64,000 bases of DNA from a virus. Made by a program: the position numbers and the translations under genes. The notes under the pieces are model-generated. The model searched no databases, was not told the origin of the DNA, and saw only the letters and a list, made by a program, of their open reading frames with translations. Location: the IMG/VR virus record IMGVR_UViG_3300032240_002045, positions 1 through 64,000 of that record; one strand, given 5' to 3'. How positions within the stretch are numbered: the first letter of the stretch is position 1; every line of letters begins with the position of its first letter. This document shows positions 24,988-35,132 of the stretch, piece by piece.

Positions 24988-27012
24988 TTATGCCTTAGGC
25001 ACTTCACAAAAATCTGTTGAACAATACTTTTCACCGATTGCATCTGCAGCCATTCCTGCGTATACATCAGTAAAATCAATTGGCAAGAGAGTAAGAGTGT
25101 AAGCTTCGTAATCTTCTTTAGTCATCTGTGTGTATGGCATCTGTGGATAAGTCATATTACCCATAGGTAAGAATGAGACAGTCTTTAATTGTCCGTCGAA
25201 CATATGAAGTACAGTTCCAACCGCGTCTTTTTCCTTCTCCGCATCAAAAGAGATCGTTACTGATACAGAGTTGTCGGACCAATGGCGTTGAGCCATAGCT
25301 GCAATTGAAGTCTTCTCGTAAATAGATACATCTTTTTCTGATCGAAGAGCAAGAGATTTAATTGGGAAAAACGTTACAGAAGTTCCGGTTGGATCTTCAC
25401 TTGCTGGTTCAATACGATATCCGGAAGCTTTGAACAATGGGAGCATGGGATCTTCGTTAGCAAAACGAATGGCACGAAGGAAGTACTCACCGCCCGGTGT
25501 CCAGTGAACGCCAGGTGATTCACCAGCCAAGATTGACACTGTGCCTGATGGCTTTACAGTTGTTGTCTTGATTGATTCACGGATACCAAGCCACTCTGAG
25601 TATGACTTATCGTATGACTGGATCTTTTCGTATCCCGCATCCATCCATTCACGTAGTGTTGGTAGCCCTACACGATCTGCAAAGTTAGCTATACCTGAGA
25701 TTGAAGTTCCAATACGACGATTGCGTTGCATGATCGCGTTGGTTTCTTCCCAATGTGTAGGCAATAGAGTTACAGTCTTTGCGTATAGGTAGGCAAACTT
25801 AAGTGTGCGCTTGAAGTCTTCCAAGTTGTCATGGCGATTTAAGTAAGTTTCTACCAATGTGCAACACTCAAATGATTCAAGTGATTGTTCTGCGCATGGG
25901 TTGTAACCCGCAGCTCGCCAGTCCTTGTTGTTAGGTGGATCAATGAGACGACCATACTTACGTGTCACGTCCATCCAAATAACACCCGGCTCACCATTCA
26001 AAGCTATGCCTTCAACAATGTGGTTCATGTCGTCTCCAACATTAACTTCCACGCTGTTGTTAGACATCCACGCCCAACCCGGTGCTGCTGGATCATATGA
26101 GTTGCGCTCTGGGTATACCGCTGGGTTCTTTAGGTTTAGGAAGTCCTTGTCATCAAGGCGACCCATGAGTAGCTCTGCTGATCTGCGAACGTTACCGCTT
26201 ACAACACAAACTCCGATCAAGTTACCGATATCAGCAATATCACGACGAGTTAGCTTCTCTCCCGCACGTCCCTTGAATAGGTTACGTACATAGTTGTGAA
26301 GCTTCTCTAGTGGTTCGTGTCCCGCGGCTGTTCCTCCAAAGGTTTTGATCGGAGTTCCGGCTGGTCTGATTTGTGAGTAGTCAAATACTGGGCTCTTCTG
26401 ATCTGGCTTAAGGTAGCTATTGATGACTGTGGTAACTGAGTCGACCCAACCTTCGCGGGTATCTGGGATAACGATTGGTTCTGTATCTGGTTCTGGTGCA
26501 TAGATTGTAAAGTCCTTATCTGCCCCTTTATCATCGAAGCCGACACCCACGCCAAGCATGGAGGCTTCCATTAAGAAGGCGAATGGTTTAGCTGGGTTGA
26601 TCTTGGTCATCGAGTCGGTTGATACGAATGAACAATTTTGTAGCGCTGCTGAGTTCTTCTGCTCATTAACAAGAGGAGTACCCATAACCCATAGTCCGCG
26701 ACCCGGCGGGGTCCACTTCAAATTAAAGAGTCGATCAAACGCTTCTTTAGCTGAGGACTGAGCCTTTGAGTCATTCCAAGGTAGTCGCTGGCTTTTAGCG
26801 TGATCCTTTTGGATTGAGTACATGCCGTTAACTACTCGCTCGCATACATCTACCCAAGTCTCTTTGGTGCCATCCTCTTTCAAACGGGAGTATGTTCGGA
26901 GAAAAGTAATCTCTCCAACTGAGTTTCCGCCAGCATCTTTATAGCCCCAAGGTACAGTTTTACCCTTGTAGCTGTTTACATGATCCTCGGCTAAACGAAA
27001 TGACAGTGCCAT
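24988..27012 (-). CDS. nrdJ: Class II (adenosylcobalamin) ribonucleotide reductase
   Basis: RTYSR, PPGRGLW, LQNC, GNVRRSAE, NPCAEQ.L, TTVKPSGTVS, C-terminal CSTDFC. Confidence 0.95.
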   Translation of the reverse strand: MALSFRLAEDHVNSYKGKTVPWGYKDAGGNSVGEITFLRTYSRLKEDGTKETWVDVCERVVNGMYSIQKDHAKSQRLPWNDSKAQSSAKEAFDRLFNLKWTPPGRGLWVMGTPLVNEQKNSAALQNCSFVSTDSMTKINPAKPFAFLMEASMLGVGVGFDDKGADKDFTIYAPEPDTEPIVIPDTREGWVDSVTTVINSYLKPDQKSPVFDYSQIRPAGTPIKTFGGTAAGHEPLEKLHNYVRNLFKGRAGEKLTRRDIADIGNLIGVCVVSGNVRRSAELLMGRLDDKDFLNLKNPAVYPERNSYDPAAPGWAWMSNNSVEVNVGDDMNHIVEGIALNGEPGVIWMDVTRKYGRLIDPPNNKDWRAAGYNPCAEQSLESFECCTLVETYLNRHDNLEDFKRTLKFAYLYAKTVTLLPTHWEETNAIMQRNRRIGTSISGIANFADRVGLPTLREWMDAGYEKIQSYDKSYSEWLGIRESIKTTTVKPSGTVSILAGESPGVHWTPGGEYFLRAIRFANEDPMLPLFKASGYRIEPASEDPTGTSVTFFPIKSLALRSEKDVSIYEKTSIAAMAQRHWSDNSVSVTISFDAEKEKDAVGTVLHMFDGQLKTVSFLPMGNMTYPQMPYTQMTKEDYEAYTLTLLPIDFTDVYAGMAADAIGEKYCSTDFCEVPKA

Positions 27013-27123
27013 AGTTCTCCCTTATTTTGTGAATGGTTTCTTAGTTTAACGACTTACTCAGAGTAGTTCGAGACTTACCCTGTTCCATGCTGTGGTACCA
27101 AGCTCTTATATGATAATAAGAAG

Positions 27124-28605
27124 CTATTTATCTTCAAGCGATTGACGAATAATCTCCGTCGTTTGAGCTTCATTAAGACCACCGTTTGGTAGTTCTCGAA
27201 GAGCTTGAGCCTTATCTCCAAAGATAGAAGATAGCACTCCCGCTGACCCGCTTTTTTCTACAGTCATACGGATAAACTCTTTTGATGAACCCATATCGTT
27301 AAGTTTTCCAATCAAACTATAAAGTCTATCGATCTCTTGTGAAAGGTTTGGATCTGCGTATCCGCCGTTCATTTCTTCAGCAAAACGCATAAAAGCGACC
27401 CTTTGACCCTGCATTTCAATGATTGCATTAAGTAAACCTTTAACCTGTTCAGTCGTCTTTACCTCTACTGGAAGCTTAAATGCGCACACTGATTGAGGTT
27501 TAAAAGCTGGACAATTAGAAGCTACAAAACAAGTGTCACACACCCTAAGACTGGTTGATTGTGACTCCAAAATAGTAACGTCTTTGATGACATCATTACC
27601 ATCACCATCTTGCTCAACAACAGATTTTTGAGTGTATCCAAAGACCGGTAAATTGCCCATTTCCTCTGGAGTTCGGGGTTCAAGTTTCCGCATCTGGACC
27701 CCCCTGTTATCAGCTACGGGAGGGGTAGTTTCCCCACTTTGCTCCACTTCACTCCCCCCACTGTTATCATATAAGAAGTCGTCATCAGGCTCGTTAATCA
27801 TCTTGTTCATCCTCATTTCAAACTGTTCATATGACCACACCGCTAATCTACAAACCTCTTGATCATCATCTTCTAAGATTTTATCGGCATCAAGTCCGGC
27901 TGTTCCGTAGATATGGTTGTACCTCATCCGAGCTTGATCTTTCATCTTCTTGGGGTAACGTACCAGACGTGAGCCATCCCAAATAATAGTTTCCCCGTGC
28001 ATCATAGGTGATAGCCACGACAATGTGCTGGCGGTCTCTACCTTGACCTGCCGTAGGTTGTCAGGCTTGGCACAGCCTAGTGCGTGAAACCTAGTTCCGT
28101 CTTGAATAGCGTGAGCTCTGGTTGCCGAGGCAAGCATGCTGTCTGCCTCTATGGCCTCTCCAGGAATGGCTATGTCTAAATATGTATCTACCAACCTTTT
28201 TAAGCCTCGTAGGCCGCTTTGTGGGTTCCATACGGGCTGGAATTTGCCCGGTGGTACCTCCGCCCAAGCTGTCTTACGTTGAGCCTCTACAAATTCTGGG
28301 CTAATGCGTTCACCATTAATCTCCGTAAACACAGTCAAACGATCAATATTGTTGGCTATAAAGTTTTCGTAATTAGCTGCAAATTCTTCTAATTCAATTG
28401 TCGACAAATTGGTATTTTTAGGAATCCCAGGGTGAACATAAATATAACTGTCTTTAGAAAAGTAGTTGTCCAACATATAGTCACTCTTTTTTGGCAAACC
28501 TCGCTTGACCAAACGCCAAAAGCTAACGCCGACATGGTTAGCGGTGGTTGACTCTAAGAGTAGACGGTTAGAAGGGACTTCCGCCCCTAGGTAAATAATC
28601 TTCAT
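27124..28605 (-). CDS. tRNA-guanine transglycosylase (TGT/DpdA)-like protein, apparently degenerate, with C-terminal Cys cluster
   Basis: PVW, RFHALG, STLSW...GE..WDG where DSSSW is expected; CDTC....CP.F.....C. Confidence 0.55.
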   Translation of the reverse strand: MKIIYLGAEVPSNRLLLESTTANHVGVSFWRLVKRGLPKKSDYMLDNYFSKDSYIYVHPGIPKNTNLSTIELEEFAANYENFIANNIDRLTVFTEINGERISPEFVEAQRKTAWAEVPPGKFQPVWNPQSGLRGLKRLVDTYLDIAIPGEAIEADSMLASATRAHAIQDGTRFHALGCAKPDNLRQVKVETASTLSWLSPMMHGETIIWDGSRLVRYPKKMKDQARMRYNHIYGTAGLDADKILEDDDQEVCRLAVWSYEQFEMRMNKMINEPDDDFLYDNSGGSEVEQSGETTPPVADNRGVQMRKLEPRTPEEMGNLPVFGYTQKSVVEQDGDGNDVIKDVTILESQSTSLRVCDTCFVASNCPAFKPQSVCAFKLPVEVKTTEQVKGLLNAIIEMQGQRVAFMRFAEEMNGGYADPNLSQEIDRLYSLIGKLNDMGSSKEFIRMTVEKSGSAGVLSSIFGDKAQALRELPNGGLNEAQTTEIIRQSLEDK

Positions 28606-28607
28606 TG

Positions 28608-29066
28608 TTATTTAATGCGGCCATCTTCAATAAAAGCCTCTTGCTGTTGCACAATCTCTTCGACTATCTCATTCCATTTACGAATGCCAACCTTGCTGTC
28701 GGGTCTAAACTCTTCACGGATATAGGTAGGGTTCATAAATACTAACGTGGTTACACCGATTTCCAACAATCTTTTAGTAAGGTTTGGATCAGGAGTTATC
28801 ACATAATCAACTGGTCCTTGGGATCTAACCCATTCTACTTGTCTAAATGCTGGAAACTCACCGGGCATAGGCACCTCACCAATAATGTCATCTACCTTGG
28901 TGATTTTGTGTTGGCGCAGCCAGTGGTCTGCTTTGTCTTTATCTTCCGCCAAAAGAAATACTTTGTTGTGTTCTTTTAATGTGTGATACAGCAACATCCC
29001 ATTTGGAATCGGTGCATTGGTATTTGTATGACGAAGTACCCCGTCTATAAACATTAACACGGCCAT
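28608..29066 (-). CDS. HAD-fold protein lacking the first catalytic Asp
   Basis: VLMFIDGVL (cf. DxDGxL), WL..H.I, GVTTLVF. Confidence 0.55.
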   Translation of the reverse strand: MAVLMFIDGVLRHTNTNAPIPNGMLLYHTLKEHNKVFLLAEDKDKADHWLRQHKITKVDDIIGEVPMPGEFPAFRQVEWVRSQGPVDYVITPDPNLTKRLLEIGVTTLVFMNPTYIREEFRPDSKVGIRKWNEIVEEIVQQQEAFIEDGRIK

Positions 29067-29089
29067 GGCCGAACACTACCACCTTTTAA

Positions 29090-30019
29090 TTACTTGCGAG
29101 CCCCTAGAGCGCGTCGTATCAATGTGTTAGCGTCTGGTAGTTCCATACCGTAAGTGCTAGCTTCGTATTCTTTTTTAGAAGCGGTTCCTATATCTTTTAA
29201 CTTACGTAATGCTTGAATAGTTCCAACAGATTTTCCGGCTTGCCATCGATAATTGTGTACATCTGAATACCCTAAACCTGTAGGGCTGAAAGCGTATTTT
29301 CGTCCTTGGTGTATGTCCTCAAATAATGCTGTCCCTTGATCAACCGCTAGTTTTAATGCGGACTCCGCATTTCGACGAGCTGTATCAGTGGTAGCTGCTT
29401 GAATGTCATTAAAAGCCTTTGAATAACGCGACAATATCTCAGTAGCTAATGAAGTATCGGTATCAACTTTTTTTTCCCACATTTTATTTATTGGTGGGGA
29501 TTTAACCTCCGGTTGCACTGTCCACTCATCTTGTGTAAGTGAATAAGCTGCATAAGGTTTAATATTTTTAATATCTGATTGAACATTTACATAAAATGTA
29601 AGTTCGTAAGCTTCTAAAAAATTACCGGTATGCGGATGAAGCTCACGAAAACCCTCATTAAACATAGAAGCAATTTGTTTGTCGCTTAAAGTTTTATATT
29701 GTGGGTTGTTTTGTCTAAAAGCTAAATAATTAACTCCAATTAAACAATCTAAATCTGCTGGAGTTCTTGCGGCCGTCCACTGATAAGAAACTGCGGATCC
29801 GGCTAACCAAACATGAACATAAGCCTCAGGGTTAGCGTAATTAGCTTTTAAATGTTCAAGAAGAATGCGTAAAACAGATGATCTAACTGACGGAATTATC
29901 TTGTTGTTTCTAAATAAACGCGGATCCAAACCGGCGCCGGAAGGACTAAAATATGAAGTTTCTGAAGGTTCCAATGACACGGGGTGCGCTTGCGCAATCA
30001 ACGCGTCATAAATACTCAT
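29090..30019 (-). CDS. Pol-beta superfamily nucleotidyltransferase
   Basis: WLAGSAVSYQW...ADLDCLI...ELTFYVN...AYSL..DEW. Confidence 0.75.
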   Translation of the reverse strand: MSIYDALIAQAHPVSLEPSETSYFSPSGAGLDPRLFRNNKIIPSVRSSVLRILLEHLKANYANPEAYVHVWLAGSAVSYQWTAARTPADLDCLIGVNYLAFRQNNPQYKTLSDKQIASMFNEGFRELHPHTGNFLEAYELTFYVNVQSDIKNIKPYAAYSLTQDEWTVQPEVKSPPINKMWEKKVDTDTSLATEILSRYSKAFNDIQAATTDTARRNAESALKLAVDQGTALFEDIHQGRKYAFSPTGLGYSDVHNYRWQAGKSVGTIQALRKLKDIGTASKKEYEASTYGMELPDANTLIRRALGARK

Positions 30020-30026
30020 TTAAGTA

Positions 30027-30254
30027 TTATAGTTCTTTTTCCTTATGTTCTTTGTACATAACATCGGATTCAAACTCAAATTTACGATGACGCTCTGATG
30101 CATCGGACACAGCTTTTGTCATGTACCCGCAAGCTTGATGCGCCCCAACAAATTGTTGTGCCCATAAAATAGCCAGCGTTTCGTTCTCCGCGACATCAAC
30201 TTGGAAAGACGCCATACAAGTGCATGTCATTTCGATGAAAGCCATAACGGCCAC
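30027..30254 (-). CDS. Small CxC...HxxC protein
   Basis: MTCTC...HQACG. Confidence 0.6.
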   Translation of the reverse strand: MAVMAFIEMTCTCMASFQVDVAENETLAILWAQQFVGAHQACGYMTKAVSDASERHRKFEFESDVMYKEHKEKEL

Positions 30255-30268
30255 CCTTCACTGTGTAG

Positions 30269-30577
30269 TTACAGTATACCGCGCTCGTCTAGGGCCTCGC
30301 GGATTGAACCCGAAACTGTTTCTTCCTCTTTAGGCTTCAAAATCTCCATAATTAACCCAGCAGTCATGTTTGACTGGTCAGAGTAGTTAATAATGTCCAA
30401 AATGTCCTGACACCCGTGCTTCATGTCTTGCCTATTAGCTACCCGGTCAATCTTGACAGCTTCTCCTAGATCAGCGGTGGCAAAAAATGAACCGTCTTGG
30501 CGCTTAACAATTAAAAAAGCTGTTGCATCATTTGATACTTCTTCGTCGTGTGTATGTTCTGTTGTTTCTTCGCTCAT
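30269..30577 (-). CDS. Hypothetical protein
   Basis: Coupled ORF. Confidence 0.7.
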   Translation of the reverse strand: MSEETTEHTHDEEVSNDATAFLIVKRQDGSFFATADLGEAVKIDRVANRQDMKHGCQDILDIINYSDQSNMTAGLIMEILKPKEEETVSGSIREALDERGIL

Positions 30578-31131
30578 TTGTATAGTCCTCTTTCAGTATA
30601 GGCTTTTTTCTGGTTATACATTTTAACTGGGCAAAAATCACATAAATGAATCTTAGTCTTAGTCGCTCCTAGACCGGCATCTTTACGCTCTTTAGCTGTG
30701 TCCGGCTTTAACTCTTTGCGATCGCTCTTATAATCTGGACACTGACCTTTTGGGCTATTGTGGATTTTCCAACAAGACATGGCGTCCGCTGAATAAGTAT
30801 CCTTTACATTGTAAAAATTAGTCCCAAGAATATCTAAACCTTTTGAACCGCCACCTAAAATTTGTTCTTTAATTTGAGCAAGAATTTTTTCTTTTAATTG
30901 GGGGTTACCCATCCAAGCAACAGTTAAACAATCGGTTAAAACACCAAAATGCCCAGCTTGTTGGCATGTTCCAATATACATATCAATAAAAGGATTATCG
31001 GATTGATCGTAGCGACCTTCGCCTAAAGCTTTTCCGCTTTTTGTATAGGGAACTTCTTGAATCGTTTTACACTGCTTACATACAAGCAGGTTTATCCGAT
31101 CGGGTTCTAAATTATCAATTGGATTTGCCAT
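30574..31131 (-). CDS. Cys-rich hypothetical protein (leaderless)
   Basis: CKQC, CW..H..P...C.DY, LCDFCP; TAGGAT-N6-ATG. Confidence 0.75.
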   Translation of the reverse strand: MANPIDNLEPDRINLLVCKQCKTIQEVPYTKSGKALGEGRYDQSDNPFIDMYIGTCQQAGHFGVLTDCLTVAWMGNPQLKEKILAQIKEQILGGGSKGLDILGTNFYNVKDTYSADAMSCWKIHNSPKGQCPDYKSDRKELKPDTAKERKDAGLGATKTKIHLCDFCPVKMYNQKKAYTERGLYK

Positions 31132-31174
31132 GGGCAGATCCTACCACAGGGTTAATTGGCAGAATTAATTTTAA

Positions 31175-31396
31175 TTACGGGGTGCCTTTTAAAGGCATTG
31201 GTGCTTTAGTTCGTGCTTTTGTGTCATATGGCATAGTTTGAGGAGCTTTTGGCATTGCTTTTGTATCAAACGGTATATTGCTAACGCTGGGAGATCCGGA
31301 AAAAACACGTGAAGGGTCGGATGCGCGGTTAGGGGGAGTTTTTGTAGGCAAGGGGCTAGATGCTGAGCGTGGAGTAACAGGCGGCATTGAGCTCAT
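31175..31396 (-). CDS. Pro-rich small disordered protein
   Basis: GAGG SD; internal DTKA repeat. Confidence 0.55.
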   Translation of the reverse strand: MSSMPPVTPRSASSPLPTKTPPNRASDPSRVFSGSPSVSNIPFDTKAMPKAPQTMPYDTKARTKAPMPLKGTP

Positions 31397-31423
31397 TAAT
31401 ATCCTCTTTCTTATTCCGCTAAA

Positions 31424-31852
31424 TTAGCGATTTCCGCTGTTAATTTTAATAACTTTTTTAGGGCCATCGTTTTTTACTTTAGCCTGTGCCTCTTTAGCGG
31501 CTTGACCGCTTTTAGCTTTGTTTACATAGTCAGTTGATGCGCGGTTATACGCCATTTGACGAGCTTTATTTGCGCTAGAAATAGGTTTATCACCCTCTTC
31601 ATATGAAGGGCCAGAAAAACCACTTGCTGAATGAAAACGCCCTTGTGGGTGACGTTTAAAGCTAGACGCTTCAAATGTGTTTTCGTCTTCCCACGCCCGT
31701 CTAACTGAAACCTCGTGGTTAGAACCGCCAAGTCGTTGCCTAAATCCAGAAGAAGTATCGTCTTCCTCAGGATGATTAGGCACATCATCGTTATTTAATG
31801 ATCGCATTTTGCGAACATGACTTAACGGAAACTGCGAGCTGTCTGGATTCAT
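31424..31852 (-). CDS. Disordered hypothetical protein
   Basis: Coupled ORF; N-terminal SSQF. Confidence 0.65.
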   Translation of the reverse strand: MNPDSSQFPLSHVRKMRSLNNDDVPNHPEEDDTSSGFRQRLGGSNHEVSVRRAWEDENTFEASSFKRHPQGRFHSASGFSGPSYEEGDKPISSANKARQMAYNRASTDYVNKAKSGQAAKEAQAKVKNDGPKKVIKINSGNR

Positions 31853-32058
31853 TACTCTCCCGGATTAACCTTATTTGGCTCTTCGGAATTAATAAAACCA
31901 TAATTCATATATGGATGCAAACCTGAGCGGTTCTTGACCACTTCTTGATCGCCCATACCAGATGCAACAGTTGTATTTGGACGACGCTTACGGTACTTGC
32001 CGTCAGTTGCGCCTTCGTTAAGCTCAGCGTTCTGTGAACGTGAAATGTTTACTGTCAT
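31852..32058 (-). CDS. Small hypothetical protein (MTVNISRSQN...)
   Basis: ATGA overlap with the upstream ORF; the track start at 32169 is probably too long. Confidence 0.6.
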   Translation of the reverse strand: MTVNISRSQNAELNEGATDGKYRKRRPNTTVASGMGDQEVVKNRSGLHPYMNYGFINSEEPNKVNPGE

Positions 32059-32288
32059 GCCATTCGGCCTTTCACTAGTTTGCTCGCCTTGCGTCGATTG
32101 CATGATGGGCAAATGGTTTGGTTCTGTAATGATTGTACGGGGTTCATGACACTTCCGCACGAAGAACACGCTTTTGAACCGTTGTATACGGTAGTTTTTA
32201 GCTCATTCTGTGTGGATAACTTAACGTCTTCCGCCCCTGCCATGCCTTCGCCGGTGGAGTCAGTAAATAGCCCTGGATCGTTCTTCAT
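32055..32288 (-). CDS. Small CxxC...CxxC protein
   Basis: CSSCG..MNPVQ......CPSC. Confidence 0.7.
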   Translation of the reverse strand: MKNDPGLFTDSTGEGMAGAEDVKLSTQNELKTTVYNGSKACSSCGSVMNPVQSLQNQTICPSCNRRKASKLVKGRMA

Positions 32289-32656
32289 ACGTTTCCTAAC
32301 GTGTTACGGCTGGATGACTGTGTTGTATTTGGGGTCTGGCTAAAGTCAGACTCGTTACGCTGTACTGTAGCAGTACGGCGCGGAAGCTCAATTATGTCTG
32401 CAATACCTATCTCATACTCAGTAAATCCATAGCGTGATGGGAATAGCTTTACCTGTGGAAGCGGTGGGCGGACATATTCTTGGATTTCCGCGGCTGTCAT
32501 ATTCCATGTGGCAAGTGATTGACTGAGAAGGCGCTCTTGATTAGAAGAAAATGGGCCAATGTATTCCTGTGGCGGCATAGCAGCTTCAGCTGGAGCTGAA
32601 GTAGTTGCTGTCCACGCTCTGCGCCCGTAGACGCCGTCTGCTTGTTTACCGGACAT
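32285..32656 (-). CDS. Hypothetical protein
   Basis: Coupled ORF. Confidence 0.7.
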   Translation of the reverse strand: MSGKQADGVYGRRAWTATTSAPAEAAMPPQEYIGPFSSNQERLLSQSLATWNMTAAEIQEYVRPPLPQVKLFPSRYGFTEYEIGIADIIELPRRTATVQRNESDFSQTPNTTQSSSRNTLGNV

Positions 32657-33039
32657 TATTGACTCATTGTTGCGTTTGAAAATTGCGTGGTTCTATTAGT
32701 AGGCATGTTGTTTGCCGGGTTGTAACGTGAGTGAGGTGAATACGAAGGCGTGCGTGGAGCGCGTGGGCCAGCTGGTACTGCTTGAGTAAAATCAACGGAA
32801 CCGCCCATTGGGTGTTGAACAACTTGACCCATATTCTTGCTAACTCCATTTGGATTTGGAGCGGATTGAGCGGCATTAAAAGCGCGAGGTGATACCCGAG
32901 AAGCTGGTTGTGCTTGCGTAAAATCAATCTGTCCGCCTGCGGGGCCTGTTACAACTTTTCCAATATTAGAATTAATTTGTGGTACGCGATTCATATTTGA
33001 AGATCGGTCCATAGGCGTCATGCCAATTGAATTAGGCAT
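32656..33039 (-). CDS. Disordered protein with internal duplication (G.VV..P.GG..DFTQA.PA)
   Basis: Two imperfect repeats. Confidence 0.65.
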   Translation of the reverse strand: MPNSIGMTPMDRSSNMNRVPQINSNIGKVVTGPAGGQIDFTQAQPASRVSPRAFNAAQSAPNPNGVSKNMGQVVQHPMGGSVDFTQAVPAGPRAPRTPSYSPHSRYNPANNMPTNRTTQFSNATMSQ

Positions 33040-33042
33040 AGT

Positions 33043-33387
33043 TTATCCCACCACAGTCATGTCGTAATTATTAGTTTTTGCTCCAACTGGTGGCTTGCTA
33101 GCAAGACCGGGGCCCGTGTTACGTTGCATAGGTGTGGAACCAATAACTTTCATACCTGCATTAGGATTTTTTTTAACAGGAGCTGATGGCTTAATAGGGT
33201 TTGATGGCATGGGCCCACCAACAACAGTCATATCGTAATTATTAGTTTTTGCTCCAACTGGTGGCTTGCTAGCAAGACCAGGACCGGTATTGCGTTGCAT
33301 TGGTGTTGAACCAATAACTTGCATACCGGCATTAGGATTAATTTTTGGAACGCGATTTGTATTTGACGACCTGTCTATAGCTGCCAT
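33043..33387 (-). CDS. Disordered protein with a ~41-aa near-perfect duplication
   Basis: NPNAGM.VIGSTPMQRNTGPGLASKPPVGAKTNNYDMTVVG x2. Confidence 0.7.
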   Translation of the reverse strand: MAAIDRSSNTNRVPKINPNAGMQVIGSTPMQRNTGPGLASKPPVGAKTNNYDMTVVGGPMPSNPIKPSAPVKKNPNAGMKVIGSTPMQRNTGPGLASKPPVGAKTNNYDMTVVG

Positions 33388-33388
33388 G

Positions 33389-33919
33389 TTATTTCCATCC
33401 CGGACGCATACGCGCCATTTGATCGACTCTTTGCTTATCTAGGGCTAATGGGGCTGTACTGCGCATATTTGCTTTACCGTCATTTGGTAAATGTGGTGCG
33501 GGTGCAGCCATAGCGTTTTCAACATTGCGAGCGCTACGATAAACGTTTCCATCTTTTGCGGCTTTCATTTGTCGCGCAATTCCGCGAGTATTTTCTAATC
33601 CTTCTGGATAGTAATAACCCGCAGAATCAATGCGTTCGCCTTTGTGCACACCGCGTTGGTATGAACGCTGTCCTACACGAATCTTTAATGAATTAAGTAC
33701 TGTGTCTGAGGTGCTTGAAGGACGACCGCGATCGTCACGACGTGATCGAATAGTTCCTAAATAACCATCTGGGTACTCTGCTTGCGGTGCGCGTCCAACG
33801 CCTAAACGAAGGAAGTCAAGCTCAGAACGAGCAACAGGTACACCGCCACCACCATAATTAGTATTCGTACCATACATCCCGGCAGCGCCGAGGTTTTGTA
33901 CGTTTTGATGGGTAGCCAT
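33389..33919 (-). CDS. Conserved basic phage protein
   Basis: P.AEYPDGYLGTI.SRR.DR...RSYQRGVHKGERID...Y.YP. Confidence 0.75.
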   Translation of the reverse strand: MATHQNVQNLGAAGMYGTNTNYGGGGVPVARSELDFLRLGVGRAPQAEYPDGYLGTIRSRRDDRGRPSSTSDTVLNSLKIRVGQRSYQRGVHKGERIDSAGYYYPEGLENTRGIARQMKAAKDGNVYRSARNVENAMAAPAPHLPNDGKANMRSTAPLALDKQRVDQMARMRPGWK

Positions 33920-33923
33920 AAGA

Positions 33924-35132
33924 CTATGGTAAGCGGTTTTCGCCCGCCAAAACTGCTAAATCTCTACGTGGGTCATATCCGTCCCCAACAACTAATGAAA
34001 CAATACCTGTTGGTGATTCTAAACCACTCTTGTCACGGAACCAGGCGCTTCCGCCATCCATAGCCGGCACTTGAATCCACAAACGTGGGCCAACTTGATC
34101 AGCGCGGAAATGGTGGAAGTGACCTGTTAACAAAATGTCAGCAGAACCTACAGGTGTGCGACCAGTAGCTTGTCCTGCAATCCATTTGCCCATATCTTTT
34201 GCTTGATGGCCGTGTGCCATACCAACAATAGTTCCGCCTAAATCAATTGCTAACGTTGCGTTGTCTGGCTTTGGATAATAAAAAGTAACATGTGACAATG
34301 CGGAATTTTCCGCGCATGCATCTTGCACGGCTGATACAACTTCAATTTGCCATGAATCGATTGGGTCAGTCATCATAATTCTATGCGTTTCATCATGGTT
34401 ACCTGGAACAACTGGAACAATAAGCTTTTCACATAATGGTGCAAAAGCTTTAATCCAAGCCATTAATACACGGCGTCCTACACGCACTTGTTGGCTTACT
34501 CCAAGGTCACTGCGACCTAATACTTTTCCATTTTGTGAAGTGCTTCCTTCAATGCAATCACCTAATTGAGGAAGTACTACTGTGCCAATCTTTCGCCCCA
34601 ACTTCAATAGTTCTTTGTGACGAGCTACTGACTCGTCTATCCCCTTCAAAACTCTTTGAATTGTAGCTTCGGTTCCACCGTTGGCGTCCTTCCCATACTG
34701 GGTATCGCCTATTGCGTAAATGGCAAACAGCTCCCCAACGTAAGATTCTGTCTTGTTTGGTTTCCACTTGCTTACCTCTTTTACCAATTCATCATAATCA
34801 ACGTCATGCCCAGAAGTGTGCTCCGCAGGCTTTACGCTTACACGTGCCGCCTCTAGCCACTCACCGTCGTAACGTTGCCAACGGCTTTTACGCACACTAA
34901 TTACTGTCCATACTTTTGGATCTAAATCAAAGTCTTTAAACATCTCTACAGCATCAGGTAACTCTCCGGCTGTACGGGGTGTAGAAACAAAATAACCACC
35001 ATCTGGCCCAATGTCTAAACGAGCTCTGTACTCTGGTGGTGTGTTAGTTCTTTTGTAATCATTTTCCGCGCCATTTAAATCAGCGTTAATCAATGCTTTT
35101 CCAAGTATGTTTAATTTTTTGGACACGTGCAA
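33924..35132 (-). CDS. Calcineurin-like metallophosphoesterase (Mre11-like)
   Basis: GDTQYGK, LGDCIEG, VPGNHDE, AHGH, GHFHH. Confidence 0.88.
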   Translation of the reverse strand: MHVSKKLNILGKALINADLNGAENDYKRTNTPPEYRARLDIGPDGGYFVSTPRTAGELPDAVEMFKDFDLDPKVWTVISVRKSRWQRYDGEWLEAARVSVKPAEHTSGHDVDYDELVKEVSKWKPNKTESYVGELFAIYAIGDTQYGKDANGGTEATIQRVLKGIDESVARHKELLKLGRKIGTVVLPQLGDCIEGSTSQNGKVLGRSDLGVSQQVRVGRRVLMAWIKAFAPLCEKLIVPVVPGNHDETHRIMMTDPIDSWQIEVVSAVQDACAENSALSHVTFYYPKPDNATLAIDLGGTIVGMAHGHQAKDMGKWIAGQATGRTPVGSADILLTGHFHHFRADQVGPRLWIQVPAMDGGSAWFRDKSGLESPTGIVSLVVGDGYDPRRDLAVLAGENRLP

